Shown here in pieces: positions 1 to 13,156 of a stretch of 64,000 nucleotides of DNA. Within the stretch, counting starts at the first letter, position 1, and every line of letters begins with the position of its first letter. The position numbers and the translations under genes are program-made. The stretch is taken from assembly GCA_013265495.1 (NCBI GenBank), contig MU060547.1, positions 9,077,643 through 9,141,642 of the forward strand, written 5' to 3'. The notes under the pieces were generated by a model, which worked only from the letters and a program-made list of their open reading frames with translations, did no database searches and was not told the origin of the DNA. The stretch is from Vicugna vicugna (lineage: Eukaryota).

Positions 1-862
1 CCTATTACACACTAAGGCAGGGCAGACAGGGGAGGCTGAGGGAGGCACAGATGGTGAGCAGAGGTGGGAAGAAGGAGAGGGATGCTGCTAAGCTGGGGAG
101 TTTGGGGCAGGGGAGATGGGAGCCACCTCAGGAGATGAAGCCAGGATCCAGAACATTACTGGCACAGAATGAGAGCGTCCAGGACATAGTCCCAGCCACA
201 AAATTCCCACCAGTCATGATGTGTGTTAGCCTGGGCTATCCCAAAATGAGCCCCCAGTGTGTGGTCGGAGGGTAAAGCTGAAGGTTTTAGAATGTTCTAA
301 AGATCAGGTAGAAGGAGAGACAAATGAATTAAGACTACCTGCCTCTGCCCCACTGTGACTTTGATCAGAGATCCTGCGTTTGCTCTGTTTCCATCGGATT
401 TGACCCGCAGAGCCCAATGCTTTCTTCAGGCATAGGGAGGCCGCAGCTCTCGCTCTCCTTCGGGGCCTGGACAGCAGAGTCATCTTCACGCACCCTCAAA
501 GCCATGAGGCAGTGTCCCGGGGCCAGTCCTTCATGGCCCTGAACCATCTATCTCCACCCTATCATTTGTTAAGATTTATAAGATTTTAAAGATACAGGGA
601 AGCTCACAGAGACACCGAGGCAATGGGCCATTAAAATAATCATTACTGAAAAATTCGTAGAATTTTGGATGGAGGGGAGTGTCAGCCAAGGAGCAGATAA
701 TAATGTTTGTATTAGAAACATCTAAGCCGAAGATAGTTGCGAAAATTAAGCCCAAAATTTGGATCTGAGCTTTAGAACCACCAAGTCTAAGCCAGTAACT
801 CAATGATGTTTTAATGACCTTACAGGAACCAGAGATGTCAATCACTGTGCCTTACGCCTGCT

Positions 863-881
863 GGCCCTGTAGAGGGCGCTG
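863..881 (+). promoter_or_regulatory. CTCF motif, forward orientation
   Basis: GGCCCTGTAGAGGGCGCTG; core CCTGTAGAGGGCGC (866-879) matches CCASYAGRKGGCRS at 13 of 14 positions. Confidence 0.6.
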
Positions 882-1689
882 CCTGAGCCCAGGGCCCCTG
901 TTGCCCTGCTGAGCCCACTGTCACTTACGTCCACAGCCGGCAAGATGAGGGCAATCTCCCCATAAACTGGCCATCCATTTGTGTAGCAAGTATTTTTTGA
1001 GGACTCACCATGTGTCAAGCTCTGTGACAAGTACTGGGAATACAGTGGTGAACAAGAGCATCAAGTCTCTTTCCTTTGGATGGGACGAAAACCCCAAATA
1101 AATAAGTCCTCTTTGGCCTAAGAGGATTGGGTGAAACAGGCTGATCAGATTCTTCTCTTAGAACTTGGGAATTAGACAATGTCTAGGAGCTGAATGTGTG
1201 TGTAGAAACCTGGAGCTGAGAAGATGCCTTCGGGCCATGGGAAAGGGGGTGAGAGGGTGCCCGACTGTAGGGGAACCTGGAGCAGAGGCTGGGGGATAGA
1301 CCCGAGCAAGAGACTGTGGCCAGATGGAAAGGAAGAGAGTAGTCTTGTTGCCAGCAGCTTTCCAGAGCCATGAGGCCTGTGATAAACATCTTAACCCGAA
1401 CTAGCTTCAGTAGATTTTGTTGCTGGCGATTAAAAGAATCTTGATTCTAATACTCGCTGTTCTTCGAGGGTAACAAACAAACTTCTGTTTCCTTCCATCT
1501 TCAGCCCTCCTCTTAGATACTAAAGTCTGAACCTGGACACCCAAGCTCATTCCTGCTCGGGGATCTATTGAAATTGTTCTTTCATGCTTTCTTATCCTCA
1601 CTCAAGCCAATCTCTCTGCCTTGAAAGACTTCTTTCCTCCCTGCCTTTCTGCATTTTTTTTAAGACTCAGCTTAATCTTCTCTCTCTCT

Positions 1690-1890
1690 CTCTTTTTTAA
1701 CTGAAGTATATTTGATTTACATTGTGTTAGTTTTTGGTGTACAGCATAATGATTCAGTTATACATATATATTCTTTTTCATTATAAGTTATTACAAGATA
1801 TTGAGTATAGTTCCCTGTGCTAAACAGTAGGACCTTTTTGTTTATCTATTTTATATATAGTAGTATCTGCTAATCCTAAAATCCTAACTT
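1690..1890 (-). mobile_element. L1 3' UTR fragment (cetartiodactyl/camelid lineage type)
   Basis: Reverse complement of the L1 3' end seen at 16017-16200 and 20100-20290. Confidence 0.8.
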
Positions 1891-2618
1891 TTAATCACCT
1901 CTTCTTTTGTAAAACTAGCCCATTCCTTGCTCCCCAGACAGAGCTGACATCTTGTACACACTTCTATTATAAATCCGTTTCATTGCAGTTACTTGTTTTT
2001 GTGTCTGCCCTCCTCTCTAGTTGCTGAGGTTCTAGAAGGCAGGTGCATGTTCATGCAGCCTGTAACTTCAGTGCTGAGATAGAACAGTCAATAAATGTTT
2101 CCTCGGTACGTGTTTGTTAACTTAATGAATGACTACCTTGGATGAGCATTTGTATGGAAGACCCTATTGGAGTTTATTGACTCAGAGTTGCTGAGGTTCC
2201 CAAATCAAATGGGCAACGCTGAAGCTGCCTCAAGCCCTGCATGACCGGGAAAGGGGAGGCCCCAGAGCCACAAAACCAGCAGCCCCCACCTACTGATTCG
2301 TTCTTTATAGTTTAAAAAGAGTGAGGAAATAGCCAGGTAAGGGGAGTGCAGGTGTCTCAGAGGAAAGTCTTGGAGTCAGGGCATCTTTTAGGTAACCGCT
2401 AGCATCACAGCAGCACATACTAATTCAAAGGGGTGCATAGATAGAAATTCACAGAAAGTTCCCAACCGTCCTAAGGGGTAAACACTATCCTTGTCTCCAT
2501 TTGTCAGGGGAAACAACTGAGGCACAGTGAGGTTAAATCACTTGTCACTCAGATAACAAAGGGCAGAGCCATGGTCTAAATAGGTGATCTGCTGTGGAAT
2601 CTGAGTTTTTATCCACTA

Positions 2619-3205
2619 CAGATCTTCCNNNNNNNNNNNNNNNNNNNNNNNNNNNNNNNNNNNNNNNNNNNNNNNNNNNNNNNNNNNNNNNNNNNNNNNN
2701 NNNNNNNNNNNNNNNNNNNNNNNNNNNNNNNNNNNNNNNNNNNNNNNNNNNNNNNNNNNNNNNNNNNNNNNNNNNNNNNNNNNNNNNNNNNNNNNNNNNN
2801 NNNNNNNNNNNNNNNNNNNNNNNNNNNNNNNNNNNNNNNNNNNNNNNNNNNNNNNNNNNNNNNNNNNNNNNNNNNNNNNNNNNNNNNNNNNNNNNNNNNN
2901 NNNNNNNNNNNNNNNNATCCGATGTATTTTATTGAATTCTACACTGAAAGTGAAAATGGGTGTGGCTGTCTGGGTAGAGGATGGTCCCGAGGATGCCAGG
3001 TGTTTACCCTTGTGATCCCGTGGCTGACGGGGAGCTCTGGCTCCGTGCCACTGCCCAGGATCAAGAGAGGGTCCTATTGCATATCACTCACCTGGGAAAA
3101 GATCAAAATTCAAAATCTGAAGCAAAGTTTCTACTGAGTATGTGTCACTTTCACACCATTGCAAAGTCAAAAAATCCTCAGACCATCATAAACTGGGGGC
3201 CCTAA
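2619..3205. mobile_element. TcMar-Tigger DNA transposon remnant (MER47/Tigger5-like); interior partly N
   Basis: TA followed by CAGATCTTCC at the left end. The right part GAAAAGATCAAAATTCAAAAT...TTTCACACCATTGCAAAGTCAAAAAATC resembles the recalled consensus. Confidence 0.7.
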
Positions 3206-3218
3206 ATGGTGCATTAAG

Positions 3219-3569
3219 TGTCTTCATCCACTGGGCTGCTCTAGCAAAATGCCACAGATTAGGTGAATTACAAGCAACAGAAATTTACCTCTCATAATTT
3301 TGGAGGCTTGAAATTCAAGATCATGGTGCCAACATGGTTGTATTTGGTGATGGAAAGCCTTCTCTCGGGTTGCAGACTGCCTACTTCTCACTGTGAGGGC
3401 ACAGATCTCTCTGAAGGCTCTTTTACAAAAGCACTAACCCCATTCCCGAGAGCTGCACCTTCATGACTAAAGCACCTCCTAAAGGCCCCACCTCCCAAAA
3501 CTATCATCTTTGGGAGGTAGGATTTCAACATACGAATTCTAGGGGAACACACACATTCAGGCCATAGCA
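3219..3569 (-). mobile_element. ERVL-MaLR solo LTR (MLT1A-like)
   Basis: Ends ...GATTTCAACATACGAATT...CAGGCCATAGCA, the reverse complement of the MLT1A 5' end. Confidence 0.8.
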
Positions 3570-3589
3570 CTCAATGACCTCTCAAGCTG

Positions 3590-4100
3590 AGTATGGTGGA
3601 CGTCTCTCATTTGTGCCCTCCAGCAGACATTTATCTTTTTCTAGTAATTAAATAGAGCACCAGTTTTCCTCTGGGAAATCAGCTCCTCCTCCATGCTCAT
3701 CTTTGTTCTCTGGTTGGAATAGTGGAGCATGTGACCTAGGCTTAAGCCAATCAGAGCATTCCATTCCCTAGGCCCAGTAACCGGACCCGGAAAGGGATTG
3801 CATGTTGATCGTCATCACAATGGCATCAAATGAACCATGCCTTCTTGTGTTCTTTCTCTTGGAATTCTGAGGCCACTACACTGCAGAGAAGTCAGTCGAG
3901 ACTACTAGATGGTGAGAGGCAATGTGGAGAACTGAGGCTCCCCAGTCAGACAGCCATCCCAGCAACTCTGTGACTACAACTATAAAAGCAAGCCCAGGCA
4001 AGACCAGCCTACAAACCACCCATTGGAAATAATAAATTAACATTGTTTTAAGCCACTAAGTTTTAGAGAGGTCTGTTATGCAGCACAGATAACTGGTAGA
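3590..4100 (+). mobile_element. Old ERVL-MaLR LTR (MLT1F/G/H-like)
   Basis: Typical MLT1 3' end: TTGTTTTAAGCCACTAAGTTTTAG...TGTTATGCAGCACAGATAACT. Confidence 0.6.
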
Positions 4101-4133
4101 TAGTGTGTGCTCTGAACTAGAGTGTTAGTAGCA

Positions 4134-4400
4134 TTCATTCATTCAACAAATATTTTTGAGCATCTATTATGTGGTAGGTTTTATTCTGGGCACTGGGGTT
4201 ATTGCAGTGAGCAAAATGGATACAGACTCCTGTCCACATGGAGCTTATATTTTAGTCAGGGAGTGGACTGGACAGAGGGGATGGATTTGAGAGATATTTA
4301 GGAGATATACTTGGAAGGGCCTCCTGATCGTTTGGAGATGGAGGGAGAGTGAAGGAGAGAGAAGTAAAGAATGGTTGCTCGAGACACCCAATGTGGGAGA
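4134..4400 (-). mobile_element. L2 3' end
   Basis: TTCATTCATTCAACAAATATTTTTGAGCATCTATTATGTG. Confidence 0.75.
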
Positions 4401-5503
4401 TTAGGACAATGGTTGGGTTGTCCAGAGACAGCCAAACCAGACTGAGAGTTGCTCAATTTTGGACACATAGGTACTTATAGAACAACAAGATGGCAGATGT
4501 AAGTTGGTGTCTGAAGCTCGGGAGGGATGTCACGATAAATACTCTAGAGTCATTCTGTTTTGCACAATTCAGCAAGTGTTTACTGAGTGAAAACCATATG
4601 CCAATCATTCTGAGGGGGACCAGGAAATACAATGACAAACAAGACACAGTTTAGTGGAGGACACAAAAACATCAACTGTGGCAACTTGTTTAGCAGAGAA
4701 ACTGCAGGGCTCTGTCTGACACGGACTTGGAAGACAGAAACTGGACAGACTGTGTTTGAAACCATGTCACTGACTATGGTTATCTTTGGAGTGTACAGAG
4801 GGAGAAAAGTGGATGCGCCAAGGACAATATCCCAGGAAATGATAACATTCAATGGGTATTGAACTGTAAGGGGATCAGCATACAAGAAAGGGTAGGTGAT
4901 ACCAGGATGAGGGAGGGAAGGAGAAAAGAGGGCACCTGGGAAAGGGAAAGGAAATGGGTTGTCTTTTGCCATTGACCAAGGATTAGAGGGGCAAGAGGTT
5001 GGTTTGGAGGTAACTAGCTAACCATTTTCAAGTTGTTTTGGAGTTAAAACAGTCCAAGCTGTTTCAGGTGGTGTCTGGCTTGGCATGAGGTGTGTCACAG
5101 GCTCCCAGAAGCTCTAGTGCAGGCACTGAGGGCTGCCCTGGGCAAAGGCCACCTCTAAGAGCGTCCAGAAGGGACATTCATTCTTCAAGCCCCTAAGGGG
5201 CTCTGTGTCCTGCTGCTACTGTAACTTGGAGTGCTTTGCTTGGGTGCTTTGTTTTCTCACACTTAATCTCCACTGCCTTTAAGCTGGTTGGTTTATCCTA
5301 ATTTTGCCCTTATTCCTTGCTTCTTAAAGAGTATCATGGAGTCTTCCCACTTGGGGCCCAGCGTTTCATGAAGCCACCTCCAGCTAGAGCCCATCATTCT
5401 ACGTGGTAGATGCTTCTATAGCTCAATGAAAGCAGGACAGAGCCGAGCCCACAGGCAACTCTCATTATGTACCCTGAAGGGGAAACAGTGGCCCTGAGAA
5501 TTC

Positions 5504-6069
5504 TGCTATGGGTTGAATTGTTCACCCTCTCCCATTAAAATACATGTTGGGGAGGGTATAGCTCAGTGGTAGAGCGCATGCTTAGCATGAACGGGGTCCT
5601 GGGTTCAATCCCCAGTACCTCCATTAAAAAATTTTTTATAAATAATAAATAAAATATATGTTGGAGTTCTAACCCTCAGTACCTCAGAATTTGACCTTAT
5701 TGGGATATAGGGTCTTTACAGAGATAATCAAGCTAAAATGAGGTCATCAGCATGGGCTCTAATCCAATAGGGCTGGTGTTACAAAAAGGGAAAATTTGAA
5801 CACAGAGACAGATACAGCACTTAGGAAGAACACCATATGAAGACTGGAGTTTCGCTGTCACAAGCCAAGGAACTATCAGAAGCTGGGAGAGAGGTCTGGC
5901 CCAGATCCTTTCCTGTGCCTCGGTCGGGGGGGGCGGTGTAGGGGGCACGGGTGACCTTACAGACATCTCCATCTCAGGTGTCTCCAGCCTCCAACCGCGA
6001 GATAATGAATTTCTGCTGAGTCACTCAGTGTGTGATACTTTGTTATGGCAGCCCTAGCAGACTTACACA
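5504..6069 (+). mobile_element. ERVL-MaLR solo LTR (MLT1B/C-like), interrupted by a Vic-1 SINE
   Basis: TG...CA termini (TGCTATGGGTTGAATTG ... GCAGACTTACACA) with a perfect 5-bp TSD AATTC at 5499-5503 and 6070-6074. Confidence 0.9.
5549..5650 (+). mobile_element. Camelid tRNA-Ala-derived SINE (Vic-1 type), nested in a MaLR LTR
   Basis: GGGGAGGGTATAGCTCAGTGGTAGAGCGCATGCTTAGCATG...GGTTCAATCCCCAGTACCTCCA. TSD AAAATACATGTTG (5537-5549) / AAAATATATGTTG (5651-5663). Confidence 0.9.
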
Positions 6070-6441
6070 AATTCCAGATTTGGACATCCCAGGGTCATCT
6101 GCCTGGATCTGTGAAACATACCTGAATTTCTATTCACTGTGTTCAGCTGGATCAGGAATTATGTTGAGTTCCAAAGATCCCTGAGTGCATTTTGCCCCTG
6201 TAGTATCTGCGTGTTTGCTGAATAAACAATATAGAAGAGAACATACATCACTGAAGAGAACAAATTGCTTTCAAACTCTCATTTGGTTTAGAAATACTAT
6301 TGACATGTAACTGAGATACTAGGTCCAGGCGGTTTCCTATTTACTTGTGGAGGGAACCACAAGGGAAGTCTGCTGCTTCCCCTCTGCGTCTCCGGAGGCT
6401 AGTCGGTGGTTCAGATGCCTCTCTGATCTAGATTGACTAGT

Positions 6442-6949
6442 TGTCACGTCAGATAGTTGGGACAGGTGAGATTTTAATACTAGCTCCACTGGGGACTTTC
6501 TGCTTGTCTCTCCATCCTACTCTGAGCCCTGGCAGGCTGACGCATGTGGCCTATAAAAATAGGTTCCCTTCTGGTTGGGTTGAGCAAAAAGGAGCTGCTG
6601 GCAGGAATCAAAGGAGGGAGAAAGGAGGAGAGTGAAGGAGGAGCATTTATTCCCCAGGGTCTGATGCTCCCCCACTTCAGATCTCGCAGACTAGCTGTGA
6701 TGGCTGTGAGAGTGACCTCTCCATGCAGCCCTGCCCCCCGCTTTCTGCATTCTGTGAACCACTCCCTCCCCTAACCTCTTCGGTGGTTATACTGTCAGTA
6801 GCCCCATTGTACTGCAGTAGCTCTTGGCCTTAACCTTTAAGCCCTGCCAATACCTTTGTAAACATCTTGAGATCTTTTATTAAACCCTCCCCACCGATGA
6901 CACAGTTTGAATGCCCTCTCTGGCTCCTGCCAGGGCCCTGACGGCTACA
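6442..6949 (+). mobile_element. ERVL solo LTR (LTR33-like)
   Basis: TG...CA termini, TSD CTAGT/CTGGT (4 of 5), and internal TTTATTAAAC...CAGTTTGA...GGGCCCTGAC resembling the recalled LTR33 3' end. Confidence 0.7.
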
Positions 6950-9900
6950 CTGGTGAAATGCATCAATGCCTCCCATACGCCTGAGGCTGTGCTAAGAACT
7001 TTACACGAATTAATTAGTTTGTTTAATCCTAATGACAACCCTGTGATGTAAGTAGCATTGCTTTAGAGTCTCCACTTTAGAGATGGAAAAAACAGGATGC
7101 TAGGTTAAGAGATGGGCCCAACCTCACCCAGCCAGCCGGACGGAGCTGGCCTGCACACCCAAGTCCCTCTCACTCTAGACACCCAGCTCCCACCACTCTG
7201 GTGTCCTGTTTGTCAAAAAAGTCGTCTTTGCAAAGAACAGGCTCACCTTCACAGTGGGTTTTACTCAGGCTCATTTTAAAAAGTTCTTGCACCCACTGAG
7301 CAGAGGACTCCAGAATCCACTGGAGCATAGGAGCGCCCACATTTGGATTAGATATTTGCCATGAAGGTGTGTATATTGTACCATGGATAATCAAAACACA
7401 CCTTTTGTTAAAACAAGAAGTTGACGCTCTAAATCACGAGGCCATGATTGGGGTGGGAGGTGGGAGAGGATGAGGATCTGGGGGGTGCCATCCAGTGAGA
7501 TGCAAGGATTCCTTTGCAGCCAGGTAGCAGCCCATGGTAGAGTGTGCCCTCTGCCACCTGTGCCCTCTGACGCTAACACATCAATGCTTCCTCATAAATG
7601 CTGATGCCTTAGATAGCCTCGTGAACATTTATTTCCCTTTGTCATCATCTGTCACCCACGGTTTAAAGCGTCAGCCATCAATTTGGTGCTGTTAGGGATT
7701 TTATGTGCAAGATTCCTGAGTGAGAAGCCATCAGATGGGCTCCCCTCCTACCAGTCTCCTGTCTTAAAGCATCACTATTTGTTCAGGGGGTTTTACTAAT
7801 ATTATTATATTTTTCATTTTGTTTGATTCTTCTTTACATGTTCAAGTGAAGAAATCTCCCTAACCTGCCCCTGGTGGCTTTTCATGTGACTGAGTTGCAA
7901 AGCCTGAACCCCCAGAGGTTCCTCGGCTGCTAAAGCAGAACCACTCAGGCTCTGCAGTGGAAAAAAACAAAAGGGCAAATCCATGCACTATTTTCAGTCC
8001 ATGAGGCTGGGGATGTGCAGAGTTAACAAAAATCACACATGCCCTGGACCCGCCTCCTCTCCGTCCTGGTCCCCACGCCAGGGCTAACATCCTGAAATTG
8101 AAGCCAAGTGTTCTTTCGGAAACAGTGGCTAGAACAGGCTTTCACAAGCAGTGATCCCACTGATTGTGGCTTGTGCCCCAAATCCTGTTTGCCTAAATAC
8201 AAAGAAGCCTTCTTCGACGAGCAGCTGCTCTTTGCTACCTCGTGTTCTTGCTGTTGAAATGAGTGATAGTAGCACATGGTGTTAGTCTCACAGGACAGGT
8301 CTGTCTCTAGAGAGCTGGTTCTCTGTACAAACTTGCACTTTTAGAAATCACAGGGGAATACAAATAACAACTGTATGGGGAAAATAGATCAGAGAGTTAC
8401 AGGTCTTCGGAGCTGAGCAGAGCTGAAAGTTCGGTTTTTACAGGAAACAAGAAGTGAAGCGATTTGCCCAAAATCACACAGCTGTGTTTCATGGCAGAAT
8501 GGACACGAGAACTCTTGATTTCAAGTCCAGTGCTCTTTTCATGACATTCGCCAAATAGTGAGATACGTGGGGAATCTAATGTAAATATCGCCCGAAGTCC
8601 CAGGGTCAGTTCTTTTATTCTTGCAGTTCATTTATATTCTAACTCTGATCGTCTGATTTATCTACACGTCTCTATAACAAAGTTTTCCCAGAAAAAGAAC
8701 TAATTTTTAGGACTGTGCTGAATGATTTAACAAAATATACACATTTCAATAATGCAAAATATACAGATAATGCGATATGAACCACACTTTCATGGTCCCA
8801 GAAATTTTGTCCTTGTTGCTGGTAATGTTTAGATGCAACACACGATTCATGAGGGCAGGGATTGTACTGGTCTTTCCCATGTCTTCCTGGTGTCACAATG
8901 CCTATTATATAATTAGCACTCAACACATATTTGTTGTGTAGGGGGCTGTTATGGAATATTGACACAAAAGTTAGAAATGAATAGGTTATAGTATGCAGAA
9001 GAGATCAGGATATTCTTGGAATTACATCATGATCGTCAGATTTTTTTTTTTTAATTTCCACCTTCAAATGCCTTTATATCTCATTGCCAACCTCGGGAAA
9101 TTATTTACTTCTGACTTTAGTATTGTTTTTACATTCTATTATAAATTCCATAAGGTTAAGGACTTTTTCTGTGTTCTTCACCTCTGGGTCCCCATAAGTG
9201 AGCCCAAGCTTGGCACCTGAGTAAGCACTCCATAAACATTAGCTGCTGTGTTTCTTTTTTACAACCCATTGAGAGCATTTGCCAACTTGCCATTTGTGAC
9301 TATTGACAAGATTTGCAGCTCTTATCTCAGAACACTGGCTGGTTTCAAGACTCTGTAGCTGGTTGAACTCTTGGATGGCAATGAAATACAATAAGTTGCC
9401 TAACTTTGGGCCAGATACGCTCTTAGCATTTATAAATATGATGATATTGTGCCAGTGAGAGTACCAGCGGGCTCAGCTATGGGGCCGAGGAAACAGAAGT
9501 TCCATAAGCACTCAAAGAATCAATGAGCCTCCCTCACTCATGGAAAAAAATAACTTTGGCAGCTCTCTCACCACCCCTACTTTCTCATCAAAGGGGAAAG
9601 TGTTTTCCGAAGTATTTGTTCTTTTGAGAGCTTACAGATGGCAATGACTTAAAAGCCTTAACACTAGCAACACACTGCACATGATCCTAACCAAATTCCA
9701 AATGGCGTCAGTTGACAAGACTTGGAAGCTTGGATGCTCACACAAGGACGTGCCAAATGCCTGTCAATTACATCCTGAAATAGGAGGCAAAGACGTGATG
9801 GAAAAGGCTCTCCAGATACAGCGATGACATGGAGGAAAGCACAGTGATAGGAAGGAACAAGGATTGTCTGGGTGTCATGAAATAGACCAGCATAAATAAA

Positions 9901-9976
9901 ACTGTCTCTAAACAAGAGATAAGATGGGGTGTACAGATTGGGCTCATGAATTCCTATTCAAAGGCCTCAAATTGCC

Positions 9977-10720
9977 TGTGATTTGGTTAGTTATTGCTGC
10001 ATAACAAACTACCACAAAACTCAGCGGCTTAAAGCAACAAGCACTTACTACTGCCTACAAAAACAATAGTGCTGAGAGGCGCGGTCTGTCTTGACCGGGC
10101 TCACTCACCTTCCTCAGCCTGCTGCGGGCTGCGCAGGCAGCTCTGCTCATCCTGGCTGGCCCCTCTCACGCGTTTGGTAACTGACTGGCCATAGGCTGTT
10201 ACAGGAAAGAGTTCACATTGCAGGCCCGACATTGCTCTTTAGAAAGACCTCTCAGAGCTGACCCTTGGCTGGATACCTGGCTTTTGGAATATTCCCTGTG
10301 TTTATTAACTGTATTCATTTTCTATTGTAAATATAACAAATTGTCCAAAATGTGGTGGCCTAAACAACACTGATTTATTATCTTACAGGTCTGGAGATCG
10401 GAAGCCTAAAGGGTCACCAGGGCTGTGTGCCTTCTGGAAGCTGTAGCGAATCATCCATTTCCTTGCCTTTTCAGGCCTTTGAAAGCCCATCTTTGTTCCT
10501 TGGCTCATAACCGCTTTTCCTCCATCTTCAAAACCAGCAGCGTAGCCTCAGACTTCTTTCCCTCTCTCTCGCCTTCATCTTTGCCTTTCTTTGGCTCTGT
10601 TCCTAGATAATCCAGGAAAATCTTATCTTGAGATCCTTAACTTAGTCACATCTGTAATGTCCCTTTTGCCATGTAGGGTACCACAATAACAGGTTCTAGG
10701 CATTAGAACATAAATATATC
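9977..10720 (-). mobile_element. Two adjacent ERVL-MaLR LTR remnants (MLT1 family; ~9977-10200 and ~10310-10720)
   Basis: TTATTGCTGCATAACAAACTACCACAAAACTCAGCGGCTTAAAGCAACA and GTGGCCTAAACAACACTGATTTATTATCTTACAG motifs. Confidence 0.7.
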
Positions 10721-10919
10721 TAGATGTTTCAGGTTCATTAACTGATGATAGAGAGTAAGATGGATTAACAAGCAGGAAATCCTAGAGATACAGTAAGAAA
10801 GCTATGGGCAATTGTCAGTGATGCAATAATGAGTGATTACAGTACCAGCCATAAAACCAAGTTATCAATTTGTAACTGATAAAAATCTATGTTAACGAAG
10901 ACCAGTGTGGGTAGATTTA

Positions 10920-11330
10920 TACTTATTTACTCAAATATTTATTGAATGTGCACTATATGGTAGGATTATAACAGTGGATAAAATAGACATATTTCTATAT
11001 TTATGGAGCTTGCTTTTGGTTGAGTATTTCTAAAAGGGAATAGTTAAGCTGAATCCTGAAGAATTAGAAAGAGGCAGCCCTACAGAAAAGAGGAGGTTCC
11101 AAGGAGAGGACATAGCATGCACAAGTCCCTGGAGGTGGGAAGAATGCGCTTCTCTGTAAGTGCAAAGTTCAGTGTGACTGAAGGACAGAGAATGGGGAGA
11201 AGGGTTCACCCAAGGCGATGAAAAAGGTAAACTGAGGCCAGTCCACACAGCAAGGTTTGTCTGGCCACTATAAGGAGACTAGATTTTATTCTAAGCATAA
11301 CTAGAAATCATTGAAAGGTTTTATGTTTTC
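10920..11330 (-). mobile_element. L2 fragment
   Basis: TTTACTCAAATATTTATTGAATGTGCACTAT start and GCCACTATAAGGAGACTAGATTTTATTCT motif. Confidence 0.65.
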
Positions 11331-11379
11331 AAAATGATAACTCGACTGTCAAGAGGTGAGGGTGGAAGTAAGAAGATCA

Positions 11380-11545
11380 AAGCCTTGCTACTCAGTGTGG
11401 TCCACAGACCAGCAGCATGAAACTGACTTAGAAGTTTGTTGGAAATGTAGAATACTAGCCCCTCCCCAAGCCTGGAATCAGAATCTGCTCCCAACAAGAT
11501 ACCCAAGTGATTCATTTGCACGTTAAATTTTGAGACGCACTTAGT
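11380..11545. mobile_element. hAT-Charlie MITE (MER5A-like)
   Basis: CTCAGTGTGGTCCACAGACCAGCAGCAT...GGAATCAGAATCTGC...GTGATTCATTTGCACGTTAAATTTTGAGA. Confidence 0.8.
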
Positions 11546-12825
11546 TGGAAGACCATGGTAGCTTGGCCTAACGCAGCAGTAGCTGGAGAGACAGAAGAGT
11601 CGAGGGGATCTCTCCAAGACAGTCACAGGCAGGCAGAACTTGCATTTGAATTAAAAGCTGGTATAAGGAGGACAACATTCAAAACACAGAGAAATATTAG
11701 TTAGCTGCAGACATAGAATACTAGTCTTCAGCATCAGAGACATTTTCAGGCAGAAGTCCAGTACCCTGGAGAGCTCCCATGAACCAACAGTTTTCTGAAG
11801 AGGAAAGTCTAAGGGTCTATAGCCAGAGCCATTATAGCCAGAGCCATTTAGACTCAAAACCTTACAGTCATCCTTGACTGCATTTTCTTGGTGAAGCTCT
11901 GATGACAGCTGGATTAAGTTCTATGATTACTGGAAATCAACTTCAATACCCAAAGAACTTTCTGTTCTACATGGCAAAACAGAAGTGGTGTCTGCCCTAT
12001 CTTGCATATTCCAGTGAAATTATAAGGACAAAGGCTGATATGTGGGGGATGTAAGAGGAAGGGGACTTTCTTGATATCATTTCTCCTCAAGGACCTGGAG
12101 CTGGAATTTGGCCTAGGTTCAGGGATTCAAACTCCAAATAGAAACCATCAGAGCACTGACCATAGTGATAACTCTGAAAATGGAAAAGGGCGGGGGAGAC
12201 TATAAAGGGAAAAATAGCAGAACTTGGTGAAAGGTAGGAAGGCAAGTGTAAAGTACCAGAACTCCTGCCTGCTGTCAAGGTCCTCCTACTGTGCTCACCT
12301 GTCCTGCCTAGAATTGTGTGTAACAAATATAGAAAATTCCATTAAAATCCCACTGACCTGATGAGATACCAACCATGTCACTTCTGCTAAAATGATTAAA
12401 TGAAAGACAAGTATAAGTGAGGATGTGGAACAACTGGAACTTCAGACATCACTGTTGGTGAGAATCCAAATGATACAACCGTGATGGGAAAAGGTTTGAC
12501 AATTTCTTATGAATGTTTGGCTCAGCAATTGCACTCCTAGGTAAAAGATACTTCCACAAAAAGACTTTTACAAGAATCTTTATAGCAGATTTGTTCATAA
12601 TAGCCCCAAACTAGAAACAATCCAGATGTCCCTCAATGAGCAGAGGTGCAGAAATTATGGTGTTTTGCATAATGGAATGTCACTCAGCAACAAAAACATA
12701 ACAAAAGACTGAAACACACGAAAACAAGAATAAACCTCAAAAACATTACAGACAAACAAATTGTGGTAAATTTATATAATGAAATGCTAGTCAGCAATTA
12801 GAAAATCATGAGCCATGACATAAAA

Positions 12826-13050
12826 GAAGCAGACTCACACATATAGAGAACAAACTAGTGGTTCCCAGTGTGGAGAGGGGGGTGCATTACAAGGGTGGGG
12901 GAGTGGGAGGTACAAACTTTTGGGTGTAAGACAGGCTCAAGCATGTACTGTACAACACGGAGAATACAGCTAATATTTTGTAGTAATTGTCAATGGAGAG
13001 TAACCTTTAACAATTGTATAAAAATAAAACAATAAAACATTTTTAAAAAT
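12826..13050 (+). mobile_element. Younger L1 3' UTR fragment
   Basis: CAGACTCACACATATAGAGAACAAACTAGTGGTT...GTACTGTACAACACGGAGAATACAGCTAATATTTTGTA plus an A-rich tail. Confidence 0.75.
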
Positions 13051-13156
13051 ACAGTAGAAGACACTATTCCAATTTGTAAGCAAAAAATTTTCATTACTGT
13101 TGCCCTATTTGTTTGAATATATTTCAGACAAGTTGTTTATTCAAAATGTTGTTTTA

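Noticed and set aside
7544-7570. Repeated TGCCCTCTG with overlapping CTCF half-sites
   Set aside because: Only 3' half matches and a 9-bp repeat; compatible with chance.
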